NCBI GenBank assembly: GCA_046329535.1
Contig: JAXLUN010000004.1
Coordinates: 261,236-325,235, forward strand
Length of the DNA stretch: 64,000 nt
Source: Chitinophagales bacterium
GTDB lineage: Bacteria; Bacteroidota; Bacteroidia; Chitinophagales; LD1
Reading direction: 5' to 3'
Shown here: positions 19,604 through 29,412 of the stretch, piece after piece
Layout: each line of letters begins with the position of its first letter
How positions within the stretch are numbered: position 1 is the stretch's first letter
The notes under the pieces: generated by a model
What the model was told of the DNA's origin: nothing
Databases searched by the model: none
What the model saw: only the letters and a program-made list of their open reading frames with translations
Program-made: the position numbers and the translations under genes

Positions 19604-20767
19604 CTAGAAATACTGGAATTCTCCGAATTCAGTTTTTAGAGATACTTGATTGCTTTCACTTGCTTCTACATGCCCTATTACTTGTGCGGCTACGCCATAC
19701 GATTGTGCAACATCAATGATAAGTGAAGAATATTTTTCATCGCAGTAAATTTCCAGGCGGGTACCGCAGTTTAATACTTTAAACATTTCTCTCCAATCTG
19801 TATTAGATTCGCTTTGTATCAGTTTGAAAACTGGAGGAACCGGCAGTAGATTATTTTTTACAATCTTCAGTCTTTCGATATAGTGCAAAACTTTGGTGTG
19901 AGCCCCACCGGTGCAGTTGATGATTCCATTAATAGCTCCGGGAATTTCTTCCAATAGTTTACGAATGATAGGAGTATAAGTACGGGTAGGAGAGAGGAGT
20001 GATTTTCCAATGTTTAATGAGGTGTTATCCAGCGAATCAGTAAGTTTTTTATTGCCGCTATACACTAAGAATTTGTCAATCGCTGAATCAAATGTTTCCG
20101 GATATTTTTCGGCATAAAAATGGCTCAGCATATCGTGACGGGCAGATGTAAGTCCGTTACTGCTTATCCCGCTGTTATATTCATCTTCGTAAGTTGCTTT
20201 CCCGTAAGATGCTAACCCGATAACCACATTGCCGGGTTTAATATTCTGGGTAAGAATCAGGTTGCTTTTTTTCATTCGCACAGTCATGGTGGCGTCAACT
20301 GTTGTGGTACGTACACAATCACCTAAATCAGCGGTCTCTCCTCCCATTAGATGGATCTTGACACCGAAATCATTCATTCGTTCAATAAACTCCTTACTTC
20401 CTTTAATTATTTGAGCAATCACATCACCTGTAATAAGGTGTTTGTTGCGGTTGATGATCGAGGTGTAAAGGAAATTGTCGGTTGCGCCTACACAAAGTAA
20501 GTCATCCAGATTCATCACCATCGCATCAATGGCAATTCCCTTCCAAACTGAAATGTCACCGGTTTCTTTCCAATATAAGTATGCTAAAACTGATTTTGTC
20601 CCGCTTCCATCGCTGCTCATAACATTACAGTAGGAATCATCTCCTGCAAGTATGTCGGGATAAATTTTGCAAAATGCTTTAGGATATAAACCGTGATAAA
20701 GGTCTTTTACAGCTGCATGAACCTCTTCTTTACCCGCTGATACTCCTCTTTTCTCATACTTCTCCAT
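19604..20767 (-). CDS. AIR synthase-related (PurM superfamily) protein, probably the Bacteroidota-type phosphoribosylformylglycinamidine cyclo-ligase
   Basis: 387 aa. N-terminus MEKYEKRGVSAGKEEVHAAVK plus GGETADLGD and NCTGGAHTK segments resemble the long PurM-like proteins of Bacteroidota as I recall them. Last gene of a four-gene operon. Confidence 0.7.
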   Translation of the reverse strand: MEKYEKRGVSAGKEEVHAAVKDLYHGLYPKAFCKIYPDILAGDDSYCNVMSSDGSGTKSVLAYLYWKETGDISVWKGIAIDAMVMNLDDLLCVGATDNFLYTSIINRNKHLITGDVIAQIIKGSKEFIERMNDFGVKIHLMGGETADLGDCVRTTTVDATMTVRMKKSNLILTQNIKPGNVVIGLASYGKATYEDEYNSGISSNGLTSARHDMLSHFYAEKYPETFDSAIDKFLVYSGNKKLTDSLDNTSLNIGKSLLSPTRTYTPIIRKLLEEIPGAINGIINCTGGAHTKVLHYIERLKIVKNNLLPVPPVFKLIQSESNTDWREMFKVLNCGTRLEIYCDEKYSSLIIDVAQSYGVAAQVIGHVEASESNQVSLKTEFGEFQYF

Positions 20768-20773
20768 ATACTT

Positions 20774-21769
20774 TTATACTATTTTATAACCGATGGCATC
20801 GGCAACTTTTTTCAAACTTGTATGCAGATTTCTGAATTGTTCAAAATTCAATTGCTGGTCTGCATCGCTTTTAGCTACTTTGGGATTTGGATGTGACTCA
20901 ATCAAGAGTCCATCAATTCCCATAGCCACACAGGCTCTCGATAAATCGGGAACTCCATAAGCATAGCCAATAGCATGACTAGGGTCAAGTATGATAGGTA
21001 GATTGGTGTATTCTTTCAACCAGGACACACCGCATAAGTCGAGTGTAAATCGTGTTTTAGTTTCGAACGTACGAATTCCTCTTTCACATAAAATTACATT
21101 GGAATTTCCGCCACTTAAAATAAACTCTGCGGCCTGCACAAATTCTTGTAAAGTGGTACCGAAACCTCGTTTAAGTAGTACTGGTTTTTGGGACTTGCCA
21201 CACTTTTTAAGAATGCCATGATCATACATACTTTTGGCTCCTATTTGAATGACATCAGCATACTCAATAATCTGATCTACATGCGTACTATCGCGAACTT
21301 CGGTAATAATCTGTAAGCCATACTTATTACGCATTTTATCTAATAGTATTAAACCATCCAAGCCTAAACCTTGAAATGTATATGGCGAAGTACGAGGTTT
21401 AAATGCCCCGGCACGTAACACTTTTATCCCCAGTTCAACACAAAGTTTTGCAGCAGATTCAATTTGCTCCTCACTTTCTACGCTGCAGGGGCCAGTTATT
21501 ATTACTGTATTATGAGTATTACCTCCGATAGAAGTATCTCCAATAAAAACTTCACGTTTTTGGGGAATGTAGTTTCGACCGGCTAATTGAATATCGCTAT
21601 CGGTTACAAATATTTCTTCCGTATACTTTTTCAAATCCTCGCCAATAGCTTTAATCTTAGAAGGAGTTATCAGTATAAAAGCTTCATTTTCCAAGAGTAT
21701 ACTTTGGTTTGAAGCGGCCAGTTGTTCTGCTTTTTCTCTGCTTACATTTTTATTTAAATGAATGATCAT
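20774..21769 (-). CDS. 3-deoxy-7-phosphoheptulonate (DAHP) synthase, type I-beta, with an N-terminal ~90-aa regulatory-type extension
   Basis: GPCSVESEEQ, LRAGAFKPRTSPYTFQGLG and DPSHA motifs. KPRTSP favours DAHP synthase over KDO8P synthase. Its start ATG overlaps the upstream gene's stop (TAATG). Confidence 0.85.
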   Translation of the reverse strand: MIIHLNKNVSREKAEQLAASNQSILLENEAFILITPSKIKAIGEDLKKYTEEIFVTDSDIQLAGRNYIPQKREVFIGDTSIGGNTHNTVIITGPCSVESEEQIESAAKLCVELGIKVLRAGAFKPRTSPYTFQGLGLDGLILLDKMRNKYGLQIITEVRDSTHVDQIIEYADVIQIGAKSMYDHGILKKCGKSQKPVLLKRGFGTTLQEFVQAAEFILSGGNSNVILCERGIRTFETKTRFTLDLCGVSWLKEYTNLPIILDPSHAIGYAYGVPDLSRACVAMGIDGLLIESHPNPKVAKSDADQQLNFEQFRNLHTSLKKVADAIGYKIV

Positions 21770-22773
21770 TAAACTCGGGTTAAGTTGTTAAGTAAAACTA
21801 CTCCTGTCAGCATGTTGTTTTTGGTTACAACCGGTAAAAATAGTACAATAAAGTTCAGTTCATTAAGCAGCTTGATTATGTCTGAAACAGTATTTTCTTC
21901 ATTTATACTTACGGGTATGGTATTAATTATGCTTTTTACATCTACATTGTTTAGATTTTCTATGTTTCTAATTAGTCCTCTACGGATATCTGCATGACTG
22001 ATGATGCCATTTAGTCTTCCTAGTTCATCCGTAATCAATGCAAAGCCGAGACCATAATTTTCAATAGTTACAAGAGTGTCTATAAAATTCAGTTGATCTT
22101 GTTTCAAAACCGGAAGATAACTTACCGGAACGGCAAATTCGGATACTTTGAAGTTTTGGGTTGAATTCAGTGTTTTATGAAAACTCAAAAGGCCAATTCC
22201 TATCGATTCATGATTCATAAGATAACTTCCTGTTACCACAGTGTTCACTCCTAAAAGACGAAGTATATAGCCAATTTCATCATTTACTCCACCATCTACA
22301 TGAACCTTTATCCTCGGGTACAGATATTTGAATTCTATAATTTTTTGGAAACTTGAACGATTAAAAATGCCCCCGCTTTTACCGGGAACAGTTGACATCA
22401 TCACGATAAATGAATAATCGTTTTTTGCCTTTTCAAATACTTCAATAGATGTTCCTGATGTTATGGAAAGTCCGTATTGGGTCTTCCCTTTATGATTGAG
22501 TTGAGGTAGTTGATTCAGGTTTTCATATTGAAAGCTCACGTACTCTATTCCCAATTTCTCAATAGCTGGGAAATATTTCTCAGGTGTCGATGAAATAATG
22601 TGTAAGTCAATAGGCGTTTTAGATATACTCCTTATTTTCTCCAAATCCTCTAAAACAAAATCATCATCCCTGCAATCTACATGCAGCATATCAATACCAT
22701 GTGCATCTAACTCAAGAACTAATTCTTCAAGTGGCTTTTGTTTGTTGGAGTATATAGACGCAGAAATCTTCAT
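21769..22773 (-). CDS. Ribulose-phosphate 3-epimerase-like domain fused to a C-terminal CBS pair
   Basis: Residues 1-200 align by eye with Rpe (ISASIYS, LHVDCRDDDFV, PIDLHII, MMSTVPGKSGG, VHVDGGV), and the His/Asp/His/Asp ligand positions are retained. Residues ~210-334 carry two CBS motifs (GFALITDELGRLNGIISHADI, LPVVTKNNMLTGVVLLNNL). Confidence 0.75.
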   Translation of the reverse strand: MKISASIYSNKQKPLEELVLELDAHGIDMLHVDCRDDDFVLEDLEKIRSISKTPIDLHIISSTPEKYFPAIEKLGIEYVSFQYENLNQLPQLNHKGKTQYGLSITSGTSIEVFEKAKNDYSFIVMMSTVPGKSGGIFNRSSFQKIIEFKYLYPRIKVHVDGGVNDEIGYILRLLGVNTVVTGSYLMNHESIGIGLLSFHKTLNSTQNFKVSEFAVPVSYLPVLKQDQLNFIDTLVTIENYGLGFALITDELGRLNGIISHADIRRGLIRNIENLNNVDVKSIINTIPVSINEENTVSDIIKLLNELNFIVLFLPVVTKNNMLTGVVLLNNLTRV

Positions 22774-24696
22774 TTACTCTAAATCGTACTGGAGTTTAAG
22801 TAAATTGCTGTAAATGCCTTTCTCCATTCTCGAAAGATCTTCATGAGTACCATGTTCCACAATTTTTCCTTTATTAATGACTAATATGGCATCTGCTTCG
22901 CGAATGGTGGACAAACGATGTGCAATAATGAATGTAGTCCTGTTTTTCATTAGTTCATCCAAAGCTTGTTTCACTAATTTCTCGCTTTCAGAGTCAAGGG
23001 CAGAAGTGGCCTCGTCTAGTATCAGAATTTTAGGATTACGAAGAATAGCTCTAGCGATGGCAATACGCTGTTTTTGACCACCCGATATTTTCACCCCACG
23101 TTCTCCTACCAGTGTATTAAATTTCTCCGGAAAAGATTCTATAAAACTCAGTGCATTTGCCTTTTCGGCCGCGTTGATGATTTCCTCATCCGTAGCATTG
23201 GTTTTTCCATAAGCAATGTTTTCACGTATGGTTCCACCAAACAAAATGGTGTCTTGCGGTACGGTGCCAAAATTTTTTCGTAGAGCTGTTATGTTATATT
23301 CCTTGATATTCTTGCCATCAATCAATATCTCTCCGCTTTCGAAAGGATATAGACCGCTCAATAGTTTAATGATAGTCGATTTTCCAGAACCGCTGGGTCC
23401 AACCAAGGCTATTTTCTGGCCTGCATTTACTTTAAAGCTTAAGTCGCTAAACAGCTTCGACTCTTTTCTGGAAGGATAGGTAAAGTGGACATCTTTGAAT
23501 TCTACTTCTCCATTGATAGCAGTGTTCAGATTTTCATCAATTACTTCAGTCTCACTAATCTCTCCAAGTATTTCGTTAATACGCTCCGAAGCTCCTATTG
23601 TTTTTTGAAGTACGGAATAGCTTTCACTGAGACCGGCCAAAGAGCTGCCAATAAAGATTGTCAAAAGGAAAAACTGAATTAATCCACCCATTGTAATATG
23701 GCCTTGAGCTACTTCATTAAGTCCGGCATAAACAATGAACACGATGGCTCCAAACATGGCAAAGATGATAAAGGATACAAATGCAGCGCGATATCTCGCA
23801 GCATACATACCAATATTCGCTACGCTTAAATTTATCTTTCCATATCTTCTGGTTTCATACGCCTCATTGGTGAACGCCTTTACAACATCGGCTGCTTGGA
23901 AAGTTTCTTCCACTATGGTATTCGATTCTGCCAGTTCATCTTGCGCTTTGCGTGATATTTTTCGAATAAACCTGCCAAACAATACAGCTGCTACAATCAA
24001 TACAGGTAAAAGTCCGAGTATTATCAATGTAAGCTTTACTGAAACGGCAAGGATAAAGGGAATGCAAACTATGGGTAAAACCAATTGACGTACAAAAAAA
24101 GCCAATTGATTGGTGAGCGCATCTTGCAATTGAGAAACATCAGAGGATATTCTGGAGGTGAGATTTCCAACACGATTCTCTTCAAAAAACTGAATGGGTA
24201 AAGTGATGATTTTTTCATAAAGAGCACGTCTGATATTCGACATGGCATGCTGGCTTACATACTCGAATAAATAAATTCTAAAGAAAGAGAGTACAGCCTG
24301 AATAAGCAACACTATTCCTAAAATGAGACCTATTTCTTTCAGCTTTTCCGGACTTATTTCTGAGGAATAGCCATGCACCAATACAGTAATTTGATTCAAT
24401 TTTTCAGCTGCAGGTGAACTACTATCTACCAGCTTCGATATTTTTGCAATTACTTCTTTTGCGGGTGAGGCTGCGTCAACCAGTTTCCCAAACCCTCCAG
24501 GAATAAAGCTGACCACTCCCGTGGAAACAACAAGGCAGAGCATGCCTACAATGAACTGCCATTTATACGGAAGTATAAATCGGTATATTTTCAGAGCTTC
24601 ATAAATATCCTTTCCGCTAACTAATTTCCTTGTAGGCTTAACTGAAGAGTCTCCCATTCTTTTTCTATTGAGTGCGAAAATAAAATTGTACGACAA
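22774..24696 (-). CDS. ABC transporter, fused permease/ATP-binding protein (MsbA-like exporter)
   Basis: Six-helix N-terminal half, Walker A GPSGSGKST, signature ISGGQKQRIAIARA, Walker B ILILDEATSALD. The start may instead be the Met at 24657. Confidence 0.9.
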   Translation of the reverse strand: MSYNFIFALNRKRMGDSSVKPTRKLVSGKDIYEALKIYRFILPYKWQFIVGMLCLVVSTGVVSFIPGGFGKLVDAASPAKEVIAKISKLVDSSSPAAEKLNQITVLVHGYSSEISPEKLKEIGLILGIVLLIQAVLSFFRIYLFEYVSQHAMSNIRRALYEKIITLPIQFFEENRVGNLTSRISSDVSQLQDALTNQLAFFVRQLVLPIVCIPFILAVSVKLTLIILGLLPVLIVAAVLFGRFIRKISRKAQDELAESNTIVEETFQAADVVKAFTNEAYETRRYGKINLSVANIGMYAARYRAAFVSFIIFAMFGAIVFIVYAGLNEVAQGHITMGGLIQFFLLTIFIGSSLAGLSESYSVLQKTIGASERINEILGEISETEVIDENLNTAINGEVEFKDVHFTYPSRKESKLFSDLSFKVNAGQKIALVGPSGSGKSTIIKLLSGLYPFESGEILIDGKNIKEYNITALRKNFGTVPQDTILFGGTIRENIAYGKTNATDEEIINAAEKANALSFIESFPEKFNTLVGERGVKISGGQKQRIAIARAILRNPKILILDEATSALDSESEKLVKQALDELMKNRTTFIIAHRLSTIREADAILVINKGKIVEHGTHEDLSRMEKGIYSNLLKLQYDLE

Positions 24697-24849
24697 GAAA
24701 TGCGCAAAACGAAAACTGAGTTGCCGTCTGTAACAACTTTTATAGGTCGTTTAAAGGAGAGAAATATTGGGTGGAAACAAATGAAAAAACAAAGAAGGTC
24801 ACCTTTGCAGATGACCAACTTTGAACCTATGAAAACACTAAAAGTTTTA

Positions 24850-25194
24850 TTATTTTACCTTGGCCAATACTGCTTTAAACGCAGTTGGATTGTTGAGGGC
24901 TAAATCAGCCAAAACTTTTCTATTTAACTGAATATTGGCAGCAGCTAATTTGGAAATAAGGCGAGAGTAAGTGATACCTTCCTCGCGGGCTGCGGCATTA
25001 ATACGGGTAATCCAAATGCCTCTGTAATCTCTTTTCTTGAGTTTACGGCCTACATATGAATAAACACCTGCTTTTTCAACAGCGTTTTTAGCTACAGTAT
25101 AAACTTTACTGCGGCTTAAGAAATATCCTTTGGCACTTTTGAGTATCTTCTTTCTTCTTGCTCTGGAAGCTACTGCGTTGACTGAACGTGGCAT
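24850..25194 (-). CDS. rplT: 50S ribosomal protein L20
   Basis: [24 protein letters not shown]...RKVLADLA is a classic L20 sequence of 114 aa. Confidence 0.95.
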   Translation of the reverse strand: MPRSVNAVASRARRKKILKSAKGYFLSRSKVYTVAKNAVEKAGVYSYVGRKLKKRDYRGIWITRINAAAREEGITYSRLISKLAAANIQLNRKVLADLALNNPTAFKAVLAKVK

Positions 25195-25239
25195 TTTCTG
25201 TTAATTTTTTACGGTTTACAAATTTCTGGGTATCTGATA

Positions 25240-25437
25240 TTAAGCCATACCAAGCATCATCTTCACGCGAGGCATATCGCTCTTATGAACGATAGTAGAC
25301 TTAGCGAGTTCTTCTTTTCTTTTTTTGCTTTTACGGCCCAGCAGGTGACGCTTGAATGCCTTAGCGCGCTTGATTTTACCTGATCCGGTCACTTTGAATC
25401 TCTTCTTCGCTCCGGAATTTGTTTTCATTTTAGGCAT
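25240..25437 (-). CDS. rpmI: 50S ribosomal protein L35
   Basis: [24 protein letters not shown] is a classic L35 N-terminus. The ORF-track start at 25464 would overlap the predicted -7 box, so ATG at 25437 is preferred. Confidence 0.9.
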   Translation of the reverse strand: MPKMKTNSGAKKRFKVTGSGKIKRAKAFKRHLLGRKSKKRKEELAKSTIVHKSDMPRVKMMLGMA

Positions 25438-25461
25438 AACTTGTTTTAAATTTTGGGACGG

Positions 25462-25492
25462 CAAATATATTGATACTTTCTACAAAACCAAA
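25462..25492 (-). promoter_or_regulatory. Candidate promoter of rpmI-rplT
   Basis: On the minus strand: TTG (25492-25490), a 20-nt spacer, then TATATTTG (25469-25462), 25 nt upstream of the rpmI ATG. Confidence 0.4.
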
Positions 25493-25813
25493 TCCTGAAT
25501 TAAAAATGCTGTTGGCTAAATATTAGGGCCGTTTTTATCCTAGTTTGGGATTCTTTATGATTGAGTGTATGCTGTAATCATTGTTTAATGAATTTAGATC
25601 GGAATATTTACGATGGCTCTATCCCTTCAAGCTGAATCAATTTAATTTTTTATTTGTGCTTTGGATGACTTTATATAGTTACCAGACGTTCATCACAATA
25701 CCTACCTAGATAATGGTAAATCAAAGTCTAACTCATGATTGTTGCTTTTACAACTAATCCAATAACTAACCTAAATTGATTCACTTATCTCACTAAAAGG
25801 ACGTAACTATCGA

Positions 25814-25847
25814 TAAAAAAAGGGTTTCAGAAAAACTCTGAAACCCT
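25814..25847 (-). terminator. Intrinsic terminator after tRNA-Pro
   Basis: Minus strand reads AGGGTTTCAG-AGTTTTT-CTGAAACCCT (perfect 10-bp stem) followed by TTTTTTT. Confidence 0.75.
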
Positions 25848-25860
25848 TGCTGCTACTATG

Positions 25861-25934
25861 TCTGGGTGGCGAGATTCGAACTCACGACCCCTTGCACCCC
25901 ATGCAAGTGCGCTACCGGGCTGCGCTACACCCAG
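25861..25934 (-). tRNA. tRNA-Pro: tRNA-Pro, anticodon GGG
   Basis: The reverse complement CTGGGTGTAGCGCAGCCCGGTAGCGCACTTGCATGGGGTGCAAGGGGTCGTGAGTTCGAATCTCGCCACCCAGA folds as a 74-nt cloverleaf. Acceptor CTGGGTG/CACCCAG, D stem GCGC/GCGC, anticodon stem CTTGC/GCAAG with loop AU-GGG-GU, T loop TTCGAAT. CCA is not encoded. Confidence 0.92.
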
Positions 25935-26236
25935 AAACAAAAATCTTTCATCGATTTTTTGTGCAAAGTATTTCCGGGACTTACATGTAGGGGAGAACTT
26001 CACCTCAGACAGGCGCAAATTTTAAATTTTTAGTTGAATTGGAAAAGAATATTTGTTGCTGGTTGTATTTCATTCACCAATTTTTAAAAATAATTTCTGA
26101 CGGTCTTCGTAATAATGCTATAAGAACTGGATATCTGCTAATAATATATAATGATTACTAAAACCCGGTGGTGCTCTTTTATATTTATGCAAACTTCTAC
26201 CGTTTATATTCTCCGTAATATGTTTTTATTAGCAAT

Positions 26237-26917
26237 ATGATAAAGTTGAACGAGGTGCGTAAGGCCTATCAGATGGGTAGTAATAAATTGCAGGTGCTTA
26301 AGGGCATTGATATGCACATCGCTGACGGAGAGTTTGTTTCCATTATGGGTTCATCCGGTTCTGGTAAATCTACGCTGCTTAATATTCTCGGTATTCTGGA
26401 TAACTATGATGAAGGGAGTTATCAACTCAATGGTCAATTGATTAAAAACCTATCACAAACAAAAGCCGCACAACTTCGTAATCGTTTCCTAGGCTTTGTT
26501 TTCCAAAGTTTTAATCTTATATCATTCAAAAATGCAGTAGATAACGTTGCTTTACCACTCTACTACCAGAATGTAGGAAGAAGTATCCGAACCAAAATGG
26601 CTATGGATTATTTGGAACGTGTTGGCCTGAAAGATTGGGCCGAACATTTACCAAGCGAGCTTTCGGGCGGTCAAAAGCAACGGGTAGCCATAGCCCGTGC
26701 CCTAATTACTAAGCCCAAAGTAATATTGGCAGATGAGCCAACCGGGGCACTCGACTCTAATACTTCACATGAGATTATGGAGATATTCAAGGATATGAAT
26801 CGTCAGGGTATGACCATAGTTATTGTAACCCACGAACAGGATGTAGCTGATACCACGCATCGCATTATCCGTTTAAAAGACGGTTTGATTGTAAACCCCT
26901 CTCTCTCCACCTTATGA
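26237..26917 (+). CDS. ABC transporter ATP-binding protein (MacB/LolD-like)
   Basis: Walker [10 protein letters not shown], signature [15 protein letters not shown], Walker [12 protein letters not shown]. Confidence 0.9.
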   Translation: MIKLNEVRKAYQMGSNKLQVLKGIDMHIADGEFVSIMGSSGSGKSTLLNILGILDNYDEGSYQLNGQLIKNLSQTKAAQLRNRFLGFVFQSFNLISFKNAVDNVALPLYYQNVGRSIRTKMAMDYLERVGLKDWAEHLPSELSGGQKQRVAIARALITKPKVILADEPTGALDSNTSHEIMEIFKDMNRQGMTIVIVTHEQDVADTTHRIIRLKDGLIVNPSLSTL

Positions 26918-28143
26918 ACTACGATAGTTGGATAGAGATTTATTATGTGGTACGTAACAATAAATTGCGTACCTTCCTTACTGCCTTTAGTGTGGCGTGG
27001 GGTATTTTTATTCTCATTATCCTTCTAGGAGCAGGACGAGGTTTAAGAAACGGTGCCGAGGAGCAATTTATGTCAGATGCCACCAATACCATTTGGGTTG
27101 ATGGAGGAAAAACTTCTATGGCTTATAATGGCTATCAGCCGGGCAGACAAATAAGGTTAACCAACGAAGACATGGGCCTGATTCTAAAGCGGGTTAGCGG
27201 TATTGATAAAAAATCGGGCACGGCACAAGGACGTATAATGAAAACCTTGCGCTACGGTGGTCAGAAAGCCAGTTTTATGGTACGTTCAGGAAATCCTGAT
27301 CATGATTATCTGGAAAATTTGAAGATAATGCAAGGACGTTTTCTGAATGAAAACGACATGGTGCAGTTTCGTAAGGTTTGTGTAATAGGACAGCCTGTAA
27401 AAGAAGCCTTATTCAAGACTGAAAATCCGGTGGGAAAATATATCGATGTAGGCGGCCTTGCATTTGAAGTGGTAGGCTGTTTTTATGACCCCGGCCGTGG
27501 TGATATGGATCGAATTTACATTCCCGTCACCACTTCGCAGAAAGTATTTAACGGGCAAAACTATCTGGATGTAATTTGGTTAAGTACCGGAGATTTGCCA
27601 GTAGAAATAGGTACGGCTATGGCCGAAGAAATAAGGAAGATTCTGGCTGCCCGTCACAGTTTTAACCCAGCCGATTTAAATGCTATAAGTGCTTACAATA
27701 ACCGAGAGAATTTTGAGCGTATTATGAAAATGTTGAGTGGTATCCGCATCTTTATCTGGATTATTGGTATCGGTACCATTATAGCCGGTGTGGTGGGCGT
27801 AAGTAACATCCTGATGATTTCAGTTAAAGAGCGAACCAAAGAGATTGGCATTCGAAAAGCTTTAGGCGCTAATCCTTTTTCCATTGTAAGCCTAATTTTA
27901 CAGGAATCGCTCATCATTACTTCCGTTTCCGGTTATACAGGAATGGTGCTGGGTGTACTGGTGCTGGAACTTTTTAAGAAGTATGTGCCCGCCAGCGATT
28001 TTTTTAAAAACCCTGAGGTTGACTTTAAAGTAGCTATTGCCGCTACACTGGTACTCATTTCGGCAGGATTGATTGCCGGCTTTTTCCCGTCAGTACGGGC
28101 GGCTAGTATTAATCCTGTTGTAGCTTTAAAAGATGAAGTATGA
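26914..28143 (+). CDS. ABC transporter permease, MacB/FtsX-like
   Basis: N-terminal helix, large periplasmic domain, C-terminal FtsX-type helices ([16 protein letters not shown]). 4-nt overlap with the ATPase gene. Confidence 0.85.
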   Translation: MNYDSWIEIYYVVRNNKLRTFLTAFSVAWGIFILIILLGAGRGLRNGAEEQFMSDATNTIWVDGGKTSMAYNGYQPGRQIRLTNEDMGLILKRVSGIDKKSGTAQGRIMKTLRYGGQKASFMVRSGNPDHDYLENLKIMQGRFLNENDMVQFRKVCVIGQPVKEALFKTENPVGKYIDVGGLAFEVVGCFYDPGRGDMDRIYIPVTTSQKVFNGQNYLDVIWLSTGDLPVEIGTAMAEEIRKILAARHSFNPADLNAISAYNNRENFERIMKMLSGIRIFIWIIGIGTIIAGVVGVSNILMISVKERTKEIGIRKALGANPFSIVSLILQESLIITSVSGYTGMVLGVLVLELFKKYVPASDFFKNPEVDFKVAIAATLVLISAGLIAGFFPSVRAASINPVVALKDEV

Positions 28144-29399
28144 TGTTTGATCTGGATAACTGGCAGGAGATAGCAGCCGCAATGAAGAAGAATAAGTTGC
28201 GTACAGCACTTACTGCATTCGGGGTGTTTTGGGGAATTTTCATGCTCGTTATTATGCTGGGTTCCGGCAATGGATTAAGAAATGGAGTGCTCGAAGAATT
28301 TAGAGGTACAGCTACTAATAGTTTTTTTATGTGGACCCAGGCCACCGGCAAACCATACAAAGGTTTGCAGCCTAACCGATATTATAACTTCACCATCGAA
28401 GATGCTGCAGCATTAAAACAAAATCTCAGCGAGTTAAAGATAGTTGCCCCTATGAACCAATTGGGCGGATATCAAAGCGAGAACAATGTAATTCGCGGTT
28501 TAAAAACAGCAGCCTTTTCTGTATATGGAGTGCATCCCGAGGTAACACAAATTCAACAGTTTAATATGACCTCGGGAAGGTTTGTTAATGCACTGGATAT
28601 TCGCGACAGCCGAAAGGTTGCGATAGTAGGAGAGGCTGTGGTCGATAAACTATTTACTTCCAATGAAAATCCTATTGGAGAATACATTAAGATAAATGGG
28701 GTAAACTTCATGGTAGCCGGTACTTTGAAAGGCAGCGGAAATGGTAATCAGGCGCGCGAGCAGGCGGAGTCTATTTATGTTCCTTTTAGTGCGTTTGGGC
28801 AAGCGTTTAATATGGGGAATAAAGTAGGATGGTTTTCTATTCAAAGTGCCGACCAGGTACCTGCAGCTTTGGCGGAGCAAAAAGCTATGACTCTACTCAA
28901 AGAGCGCCACAAAATTGCTCCTGATGACACACGAGCTATTGGCCACTGGAATATGGAAGAAGAATTCAATAAGTTGAGCGGATTGTTTACCGGTATAGAA
29001 ATGCTGGTGTGGTTTGTAGGTATTGGAACTCTGATGGCCGGTATTATTGGTGTAAGCAACATTATGCTGATAGTAGTGAAAGAGCGCACGCGCGAAATAG
29101 GTGTTCGCAGAGCTATCGGAGCTGCTCCGGTGGCTATTGTGAGTCAGTTGATTATGGAATCGGTTACACTCACAGCAGTAGCGGGTTATATCGGTTTAGT
29201 TGCAGGTATCGGATTACTAGAACTGGTGAATAAAAGTTTGCCTACCGGTGGGGCTACTATGTTTGTTCACCCTGGGGTAGATTTGTATGTCGCACTCAAG
29301 GCACTTGGTATTTTGATTTTTTCAGGCGCTTTAGCAGGGTTTATCCCGGCCCAGCGGGCTTTGGAAATTTCACCGGTAGAAGCATTAAGAACAGAATAA
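28140..29399 (+). CDS. ABC transporter permease, MacB/FtsX-like (second paralogue)
   Basis: Same architecture as the previous gene (VKERTREIGVRRAIGA). 4-nt overlap with it. Confidence 0.85.
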   Translation: MMFDLDNWQEIAAAMKKNKLRTALTAFGVFWGIFMLVIMLGSGNGLRNGVLEEFRGTATNSFFMWTQATGKPYKGLQPNRYYNFTIEDAAALKQNLSELKIVAPMNQLGGYQSENNVIRGLKTAAFSVYGVHPEVTQIQQFNMTSGRFVNALDIRDSRKVAIVGEAVVDKLFTSNENPIGEYIKINGVNFMVAGTLKGSGNGNQAREQAESIYVPFSAFGQAFNMGNKVGWFSIQSADQVPAALAEQKAMTLLKERHKIAPDDTRAIGHWNMEEEFNKLSGLFTGIEMLVWFVGIGTLMAGIIGVSNIMLIVVKERTREIGVRRAIGAAPVAIVSQLIMESVTLTAVAGYIGLVAGIGLLELVNKSLPTGGATMFVHPGVDLYVALKALGILIFSGALAGFIPAQRALEISPVEALRTE

Positions 29400-29412
29400 A
29401 AAGAATGATTTT

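Noticed and set aside
20774-21769. Reading the DAHP-synthase-like gene as KDO8P synthase (KdsA)
   Set aside because: The phosphate-binding segment is GAFKPRTSPYTFQGLG with the metal Cys in GPCSVES. This is the type I-beta DAHP synthase pattern, not the KdsA pattern.
22598-24088. Several 65-117-aa plus-strand ORFs opposite the ABC exporter and epimerase-CBS genes
   Set aside because: They are antisense to genes with Walker/signature and Rpe motifs, and the AT-rich sequence gives random open frames.
25438-25464. Longer rpmI start (MPSQNLKQV extension)
   Set aside because: The extension would begin inside the predicted -7 promoter box, and canonical L35 proteins begin MPKMKT.
25827-26018. 63-aa minus-strand ORF
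   Set aside because: It overlaps the tRNA-Pro gene and its flanks. The tRNA cloverleaf explains the sequence.
25814-26236. tRNA-Pro as an integration site of a genomic island
   Set aside because: No integrase or transposase gene is nearby, I saw no direct repeat of the tRNA 3' end, and the flanking genes are ribosomal and ABC-transporter housekeeping genes.
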